DNA of 64,000 bases from Promethearchaeia archaeon. GTDB lineage: Archaea; Asgardarchaeota; Lokiarchaeia; Sigyniarchaeales; SOKP01. The position numbers and the translations under genes are program-made. The notes below the pieces were generated by a model. The model did no database searches and was not told where the DNA came from. It saw nothing but the letters and a program-made list of their open reading frames with translations. Below are positions 57,203 to 64,000 of the stretch, in pieces (positions within the stretch are counted from its first letter, which is position 1; each line of letters begins with the position of its first letter). The stretch lies in NCBI GenBank assembly GCA_046483985.1, contig JAWOCD010000017.1:46024-110023 (forward strand). Reading direction: 5' to 3'.

Positions 57203-59374
57203 TTAAAAAACTTTAAATTCCGTTTCTTTCCACTTGTCATAATTTGCAAAAATCTTTTTAATTTTATGAAGGATTTCATCAAATGTTTCTTGTAATTCGG
57301 CATTATCTCCAAAAGTTTCGGTGATGACCTTAGAAAAGTCCACATCGTATTCGGTCGTCAATTCAGATATCTTTTCCAAATCTGAATGATTTATTCCTTG
57401 TTCTTTTAATTCACTTATTACTGAACGCACTTCATTTTTGAGTTGGGTGGTTGCATTGAGCGCTTTCGTACTCTTGTTAAACAATTTTCTTTCCCTTTCA
57501 TAGGTGATCCTATCGTCTTCGGTTAGCTCCTCTTCTTTGACGGTATCCAAACGCTCTTCTAGAATTCTTTTAACTCGTTTATAGATCTTTATAGATTCAT
57601 CAATTTTTTGTAAGCACTTTAACAGATCTGTTTTCACGTTTAATCTGGCTTCCACGATTTTAAGATAGGCATCCTCATAAAGGATCTGTAATTCGCCGAA
57701 TGTACTTTTTTCCCATTCGTCAATTCGTAGTTTTAATTGATGTAAATCTTGTCTTAATTGTCCTCGTTCTTTTGGAGTAAGTTTTCGCTTTTTTAACGAT
57801 TTATAAATACCTTTTGCATCTTTTTTGGCCATCAATGCCTTTAGTTTCAGTATATGCGCTTTATTTTCAATATTAGTTATACTCCGATTCTCTCCTTCAC
57901 GCTCACAGAACTTCAAGATCTTAATGGCATCGCTGATCAAAGTATAAAACTTTTCCTTATCAGATTCAATGTAGTATTTGGAGTCTTGGATTTTTTGTTT
58001 GGCTCTATCCATCAAAATTTCAATTTCAAAGATATAATCGATTAAGCTTACTTGTTTTCGTTCCGAAAGTATTTTTGATTTTTCTTCCATATCCTCCATG
58101 ACATGCCTTCCTGCAAAAAACCACAAGATGGCAGAAGGTATCCACAATAAGACCGCAAATACCATCATATTAAATACGCTTCCCAACATTGTAATAAGAG
58201 AAAACGATAATAAAAGGGTCATCCCTTTTCCAAGTTGCTCTGACAATTTAAAGAAGGAAGTGGCAGTGCCTTTATGTTCTGGTAAATTCACATCGATCAT
58301 CACCGCATTCTTGTTTGAAACCCATCCGGTGGAAAAGATTGAGCCTAAAAAGGCAAAAATAAAGTAGTAAATATACTGTGGATATGCCTTAAATATCTCA
58401 ATAATGGTTAAAATGATGTAGTCCCATATCTCATCGGTGGGAATTGTAGCGGGATAATTCATACTCCCAATAAATCCTTCTCCTAAGGGTGTAATGGAAA
58501 ATAACATCAAGAGGCAGAATGGAACGGTTAAGACCATGCAAATGGTGGCAAATCGCGAGCGATACCTTTTATTAATGCGATAGAGAACATCGCTAATATA
58601 TGAGAGTATTGCATTTCCCAGCAAATATCCTATGCCAACCATACCGGCGAAAATGGTAGCCGTTTGTAATCGGATGTTTGCGGGTAAGAGGTAGAAATAA
58701 TGGGAGGATAACATCGAGGTCATAAAAAAGATTAAAATCGTTCCTGGAATAATGGCAAAAAAGCCTTGAAGAATCAGATATTTGTTTGTTTTTTTATCTA
58801 CAATCTCTTTTAAGTCTTGCTTCGCAATCCGGTATGTATATTCCAAATCCATTTCCGTTAGATCGACTAATTCATCTTCACTGGCTCCTCTCTGCGGAAT
58901 CTTTACGAAAAAGAGAATTACAATAACGCCTATACTAATTCCCGAGAGTAAGAGAAACGGAAATCTCCACGTAAAAAGGGGTCCTAAAAAAGAGGATAGA
59001 CCTTGGCCCACACCATTGGAAATAGAACTCTGAATGGCAAGGGTTCCAAACCAGCCTGAACGCTCCTCTGGAGGAATCGCATCCGATATAATGGAGTATC
59101 CGACCGGCATAACACAACCGAGACCCGCTCCGCTGGCCAATCTGGAAATTACCAACATAAGATAATTCATACTGAATGAAGTGAGAAGCATTCCAATAGT
59201 CCACGAAAACGCTCCAGCTAAGATGACTTTGCTCCGATTAATCCTGTCTGTATAATATCCCCAGACAACCGCGAACCCCGCGCTGATTAGAACGAAAAAC
59301 GCGTCCGGAATTGCGATATATGCCTCGGGGATGTTAAACTCTTCCTTAATAATACCATATGAGGGAATCAGCAT
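57203..59374 (-). CDS. Spinster-like MFS transporter with ~290-aa C-terminal helical cytoplasmic domain (true start probably ATT near 59461)
   Basis: WGYYTDRINR, ISDAIPPEERS, WRFPF, DVNLPEHKGT; charged helical tail. Confidence 0.85.
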   Translation of the reverse strand: MLIPSYGIIKEEFNIPEAYIAIPDAFFVLISAGFAVVWGYYTDRINRSKVILAGAFSWTIGMLLTSFSMNYLMLVISRLASGAGLGCVMPVGYSIISDAIPPEERSGWFGTLAIQSSISNGVGQGLSSFLGPLFTWRFPFLLLSGISIGVIVILFFVKIPQRGASEDELVDLTEMDLEYTYRIAKQDLKEIVDKKTNKYLILQGFFAIIPGTILIFFMTSMLSSHYFYLLPANIRLQTATIFAGMVGIGYLLGNAILSYISDVLYRINKRYRSRFATICMVLTVPFCLLMLFSITPLGEGFIGSMNYPATIPTDEIWDYIILTIIEIFKAYPQYIYYFIFAFLGSIFSTGWVSNKNAVMIDVNLPEHKGTATSFFKLSEQLGKGMTLLLSFSLITMLGSVFNMMVFAVLLWIPSAILWFFAGRHVMEDMEEKSKILSERKQVSLIDYIFEIEILMDRAKQKIQDSKYYIESDKEKFYTLISDAIKILKFCEREGENRSITNIENKAHILKLKALMAKKDAKGIYKSLKKRKLTPKERGQLRQDLHQLKLRIDEWEKSTFGELQILYEDAYLKIVEARLNVKTDLLKCLQKIDESIKIYKRVKRILEERLDTVKEEELTEDDRITYERERKLFNKSTKALNATTQLKNEVRSVISELKEQGINHSDLEKISELTTEYDVDFSKVITETFGDNAELQETFDEILHKIKKIFANYDKWKETEFKVF

Positions 59375-59639
59375 ATTCTGGCAAGCGATTGAGATAAATA
59401 ATAAAACTATAACCAGAATAATTGGTACAAGATCCTCTTTATCAATTGTCGTGAGCGGAATGAAAATTTAACCGGTTTTAATATAATTTTAATCTATCTA
59501 CCTTATTATGAGATAAGAGTTAAAAATTAAAAAGATTTGTTTTTGTAATATGTATACCATTAGTATTCTTATCAAATACTCGATTTGTAAGCATTATACT
59601 GATCTATTATGGTGAGTCTCTGTGTCCAACGAAAATAGC

Positions 59640-60581
59640 TTAAATATTTTGCAGTATGATGTCTTTCTTTAACTTGAGAGAAATCTTCTGCACAAGATGA
59701 CCTACTTCCGGAGCAACCATCAGTTTTCCGTTATTTAAACTTCTTAAACCGTTTAAGCAATTCCAAAGCCCATATTTGTCATTAGTTTCGGTTCCTAATG
59801 CCTCCGTGTATTTTCCACCCTTCAAGAGATAACCCCCTAATCCGCCAATGGGAGGCCATTTTTCCAGAGCTTTTTCAAAATCCCTTTCCAAGAGCCGATT
59901 CATTATGCTTACCTTCTCCATATCACACAATCCCATTGCGGCCGCAAGACTATGCTCTGCATGTGATGCATGCCCGGCGGACATTAAAATTCGCGTATAA
60001 AAAAAGGCCAATTCTTCCGGATCCTCGCAATTAAATCTCCTCTCATGAATTTTAATCTGTTCTTCGGCTAATGGTTCTAACTCATCCAATACTTGGACGG
60101 CGTTTTCGCCCGAAATCGTGGCAGATTGGGGAATAAACCGTTCTAAATCTAATGTCTTTTCAATCTGTTTCTGATATTCTTCCCTCAAAAGATCGGCATT
60201 TCCACCATGCCCTATGAGCACCATTACGTTTTTAACCGGCTCTTCACGCCCTCTGATGAGGTCAATATGATATCTTATGAAGTTGATCGTATTATTCAGG
60301 AATTCGTCCCATGGACGCCAAGCCGGGGCCCACTCTTTTGCAATTGGACCACACCTGTCGGTTGTAAAGGGAATATGTCCCACATATCGCTGACCGGTTT
60401 CGCGTTCTAAATCGTATGCGATTTTTTTTGCATGAAAATCATCTATTGCACGGGGAAGAGCCAATCCATGCCCCTCATTTGGATTACCAATGCTAAATAA
60501 GTGCCACTTGAATTCATGTTCCTCAAAAGGCCCCCATTTGTCCATTTTATCCTTTAAATTATACGGTGTCATCTTTCCCAA
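59640..60581 (-). CDS. Creatininase-family amidohydrolase (ArfB-like)
   Basis: GNPNEGHG.ALP..ID, GHGGN, GHASHAEHS. Confidence 0.75.
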   Translation of the reverse strand: MGKMTPYNLKDKMDKWGPFEEHEFKWHLFSIGNPNEGHGLALPRAIDDFHAKKIAYDLERETGQRYVGHIPFTTDRCGPIAKEWAPAWRPWDEFLNNTINFIRYHIDLIRGREEPVKNVMVLIGHGGNADLLREEYQKQIEKTLDLERFIPQSATISGENAVQVLDELEPLAEEQIKIHERRFNCEDPEELAFFYTRILMSAGHASHAEHSLAAAMGLCDMEKVSIMNRLLERDFEKALEKWPPIGGLGGYLLKGGKYTEALGTETNDKYGLWNCLNGLRSLNNGKLMVAPEVGHLVQKISLKLKKDIILQNI

Positions 60582-60704
60582 ATAAAATTAAGTTTAGAGG
60601 TTTAATAATCTTCTTTTTTTACGAATTTGTCAAAATTTGGAAACGAAGTCTCCGGAAATCTGGTAAAACATTTAAAAGGACTCACGTTAATACCTGTTAG
60701 AGGA

Positions 60705-61187
60705 TCACTCTTGTTCTAAGAATTCAAAGGATTTAACTATTTTATCCACGGTTTTTATATGCTTCGAATCTTGAGATGCTAAATAGGAATGAGATAGGAT
60801 ATAAATTTCATCTTGAACCTTAATGGTGTATTGGCGAATTTTCATGGTCTCTTCTCCAAATCCCCCGATATATTCGGTTAGAAATCCTTCTTGATCTCCA
60901 AAGGTTATAGTTTTTTGGTTAATTTGCTTTACTTCTTCAAGGGAAGCTTCCAGTTCGTGCAAATTCCGGTTCAAATATTCTTTCAATGAAGTATCCGCAT
61001 TTGATAATTGATAAACCATAAAGGAAAGATTCTCTCTGAAAAAGCCCTTTTCTAACGATGGAGCATATATTACGACAATTGCTCCTAATTGTGCTTCTCC
61101 GCGCTCCCAATTGGGGGGATACTGAAATTGAATACCGTATTTTTCGTTTTGATAGGTTCGAAGGTCCATTACATGAAATAAAATCAA
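60705..61187 (-). CDS. PsbP/DcrB-like protein
   Basis: YGIQFQYPPNW, FRENLS, IVKSFEF. Confidence 0.75.
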   Translation of the reverse strand: MILFHVMDLRTYQNEKYGIQFQYPPNWERGEAQLGAIVVIYAPSLEKGFFRENLSFMVYQLSNADTSLKEYLNRNLHELEASLEEVKQINQKTITFGDQEGFLTEYIGGFGEETMKIRQYTIKVQDEIYILSHSYLASQDSKHIKTVDKIVKSFEFLEQE

Positions 61188-61439
61188 AAATCGCTATAAA
61201 GTTTTATTTTGTAACATCTCCTTTCTGTCCGATAAGAATGGTGAGAAGCAATGAAAAGGGTCTCCCAATATTTTTAGCATCATTCCCATCATAACCATAC
61301 TTTTTCTTGAATTACTATTTTTCTTAGTAAATCTTATTGGATTTGTTTTTCGCTTATAAGTTTAATTTAAATGAATCTGGCTTATTTGGAAAAATTAGGG
61401 GAATATCTAAGATTACTTTTACTCGTGAGATTTCGATTG

Positions 61440-62618
61440 TTAATTCTCTCCTCTCTGTTTGATGAGAATGGTCAGAACCAGGAAAGTAAGTGAAACCGCA
61501 CTTGATACGAGTAAATGCATGGAAAAACTTAGAGTGTCGATGAAACGGAATGAAAATGCCGTGGAAATGAAGGTCATTAACCATCCGCCAATGCCTATCC
61601 CGAGTCCGGAAAACTTTCCTACGGATTCTGGAGCAGAAATATCGGCCCAGAGGGCAAACAACACGATAGTGTACATAGATACTGCTCCACAATAGAGGAT
61701 TCCCAGCACTTGACTAAGGAAAATCGTTTCGTTGAAGAGCGCAAAAAATAAATCCGTAAGAAAAATCATCCAGAGCGAAATAATTAAGATGAGATAGGGT
61801 TTAGACTTTGTATAAAGAAATCCGGAAATTAACGCAAATCCGGTATGCGATATAACGAGAAACATTTTGATTTCAAGACCCCCTCTCCACACATTTGCAT
61901 AGATCTCGGGCGTCTCGATAATTCGTAAGAACCCCAAGCTATCTACAAAAATAACACCGAACAACGCAAGAATAAGAAGCCCCTTATTATAATGAATAAA
62001 GGAACCTTCAGCAAGAAAAATCTCCTTCTTTTCCTCATTTCTAAAGAGTTTGAACACTATAATAATTGCGAATATGGGAATACTTGGCAGCAACCCAAGC
62101 GAGATTTCTTTAATGAACCCCGAAATATTCCACGGGAAAGGGGATAAAATCCCGTATGAGTAAATAAAGGCGGTTGCAACGGCAGCAAATATTCCACGAT
62201 ATTTTGGTCGAATAAAATCCCGAAGGAGACTAATGGATATTGGTGTTTCTACTCCCATAACAACCCCGAGGAGTATTATCCAGAGAATAAATAATGGAAC
62301 CGAATTGAAGGAAAGGAATGAAAGTATCAACGGGGTCTGAATCAGAAAACAGAGAAAAAGAATCTTGATCTTTTCTTCTACACGCCAGTTGAATTTGTCG
62401 ATGATATATCCAACTATTAGGCAGATGGATGCAGTTAATAGGGCCAGCAGCATCATATACCCCACGACATCAATATTTGACAAATTCAAATGATTTATGA
62501 TAAAATCCGGGATGCCGAGCTGAATAAATTTAATGATAAACGTAAACCCTGCCACAATAATGATCAGGTAAAAAAATACCCCAATGAGCTCGTTTTTTCG
62601 TAATCGTTTAAGATTCAT
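61440..62618 (-). CDS. MFS-like integral membrane protein
   Basis: About 12 TMs; GYIIDKF, DFIRPKYRG. Confidence 0.7.
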   Translation of the reverse strand: MNLKRLRKNELIGVFFYLIIIVAGFTFIIKFIQLGIPDFIINHLNLSNIDVVGYMMLLALLTASICLIVGYIIDKFNWRVEEKIKILFLCFLIQTPLILSFLSFNSVPLFILWIILLGVVMGVETPISISLLRDFIRPKYRGIFAAVATAFIYSYGILSPFPWNISGFIKEISLGLLPSIPIFAIIIVFKLFRNEEKKEIFLAEGSFIHYNKGLLILALFGVIFVDSLGFLRIIETPEIYANVWRGGLEIKMFLVISHTGFALISGFLYTKSKPYLILIISLWMIFLTDLFFALFNETIFLSQVLGILYCGAVSMYTIVLFALWADISAPESVGKFSGLGIGIGGWLMTFISTAFSFRFIDTLSFSMHLLVSSAVSLTFLVLTILIKQRGEN

Positions 62619-62926
62619 AATGGACGAGATAGGTCATATTCACAATAATTTCGTGGATAAATTAATAGATTCAAATAAAATTTTATTTTTAAAAAATGTT
62701 ATTTTTACATAATTTGAAATTCATTAGACAGACAATCCAATGGATGAGAGAGATCGCATCAATGAAAAGTCCTATTTATTTATTAAAAAACCTGCAAAAT
62801 AGCAAAAAGGAATAAATTCCTGAAATTTTGAGAATTGTACGGTGTATTCAAGAATGAAATATTCTCGATTAGAAAGACACTCACATCTTAAGATTTAGAT
62901 TAAAGGAAAGATTACATCTTATTGAA

Positions 62927-63688
62927 ATGATCTTTAATAAGATGGTCTTGGGTCCGGTAGATACGAATGCCTATCTCATAGGGTCCAAGAATTCCGATGA
63001 AATTGCTCTAATTGACCCTGGGTTTGAACCAAAAAGGATAATTGAACAATTAGAGAAAATTCAACCGCGCCGCATTAAGATATTATTAACACACGGCCAT
63101 TTTGATCATACCATTCACTTGGATAGGATAATAGAACATTTTCCGGATCTGAAGTTGATGTATCATAAAGCGGAATATGACCCCCAGCAGAGAGACGCGA
63201 CAGAGGAAGAGATTGACCAGATGGTATCTGCAATGATCCGTATCGGGCAAGGGGAGGCTAAGTCGGAGAAAAAGGAGGCTGAGGAAGCCTTCGAAATTTT
63301 GAAGGAATGCGGATTATTTACCAATATAAAGGGCGATACGTGGCTAAAAGACGGATCACAGATAAAAATCGGTGAAATTTCCCTAACAACCTTGGAAACG
63401 CCTGGGCATTCTCCGGGAAGTTTAAGTTTCTATACAGATGATATCAATGCGGTTAGAGGGCATTTAGTCGATGGAGTTCTTTTTACAGGAGATCTCTTGT
63501 TAAAGCGAAATATCGGAGAATTTGCTATTCCAGGCGGGGATAAACAGCAGATTTTCTCAAGTATAAAAGACAAGATCTTGGACAACCCCGAGATAACCGA
63601 TCGCTTTAAAGTGTTTGGAGGACATTATGGAAGTACGACAATAGCCGCGGAGAAACTATCGAACCCGTTTCGGACGCATTTTTTATAG
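62927..63688 (+). CDS. MBL-fold hydrolase, glyoxalase II/YcbL-like
   Basis: TNAYL, IDPG, THGHFDH, TPGHSPGS, FTGD, GHY..TT. Confidence 0.9.
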   Translation: MIFNKMVLGPVDTNAYLIGSKNSDEIALIDPGFEPKRIIEQLEKIQPRRIKILLTHGHFDHTIHLDRIIEHFPDLKLMYHKAEYDPQQRDATEEEIDQMVSAMIRIGQGEAKSEKKEAEEAFEILKECGLFTNIKGDTWLKDGSQIKIGEISLTTLETPGHSPGSLSFYTDDINAVRGHLVDGVLFTGDLLLKRNIGEFAIPGGDKQQIFSSIKDKILDNPEITDRFKVFGGHYGSTTIAAEKLSNPFRTHFL

Positions 63689-63733
63689 ATTATACATACA
63701 CGGTGCTTTCTTGCACTCTAGTAGTAAAGGAAA

Positions 63734-63900
63734 TTGAAGTCTCCCCGCCCTAAAGGACGGGGATTCCTACGAGTCCACTAAGCGTTAGCTGGTGGGCATA
63801 TCTTAGGGCTGTGTGTCGTAGAAAATCCGTTCCATTGCTTTAGAAAGGATTCCTCCTTCAAAGAGGGTTGATGCGATAGGTCAGCAGATGTGAGAAACTT
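63734..63900 (-). mobile_element. IS605-type right end / orphan TnpB omegaRNA-like locus
   Basis: Minus strand CTACGA...TCGTAG-GAATCCCCGTCCTTTAGGGCGGGGAGACTTCAA; no tnpB C-terminus in the remaining upstream sequence. Confidence 0.6.
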
Positions 63901-64000
63901 TACCATAATATTTTTTAAAAAAGTGTAGGTTTTTTTCTTGCTTAACAATTATATTCTCCTCAAGGATTTTCACAAATATAGATTTGGGGGGAAATAAGAA

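Noticed and set aside
1-64000. CRISPR array, rRNA, tRNA or provirus
   Set aside because: No regularly spaced repeats, no long GC-rich RNA-gene tracts, no cas, integrase or capsid genes seen by eye

Overview
AT-rich archaeal chromosomal window. The many longin and roadblock domains, Arf/Rag-like small GTPases, an Rpn11/CSN5-like JAMM protein, eL13 and HdrABC-MvhD point to an Asgard archaeon, most likely Lokiarchaeia (inference from gene content). It holds about 55 credible CDSs. Housekeeping and metabolic genes include an hdrA-mvhD fusion, hdrBC, fbaB, thrC, DUF39/NIL-Fer homocysteine synthesis, a GH38 mannosidase and several MBL hydrolases. Accessory elements are a VapBC-type toxin-antitoxin pair, one DDE IS, five IS200/IS605-type end hairpins with no tnpA/tnpB (two look like orphan omegaRNA loci) and two gene fragments. 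Most notable: (i) a dispersed set resembling eukaryotic Rag/Ragulator/GATOR1/transceptor nutrient sensing (MFS-longin fusion coupled to an NPRL2-like protein, a longin-GTPase-roadblock protein, a GTPase-roadblock beside a Zn-ribbon-disordered-roadblock protein); (ii) three of these signalling/transport genes appear to need ATN (non-ATG/GTG/TTG) starts; (iii) an intact but apparently catalytically dead NrdD paralogue; (iv) a TMEM62-like protein; (v) a ~110-nt three-way-junction candidate ncRNA. I saw no rRNA, tRNA or CRISPR array. All assignments are by-eye motif recognition; no searches were run.
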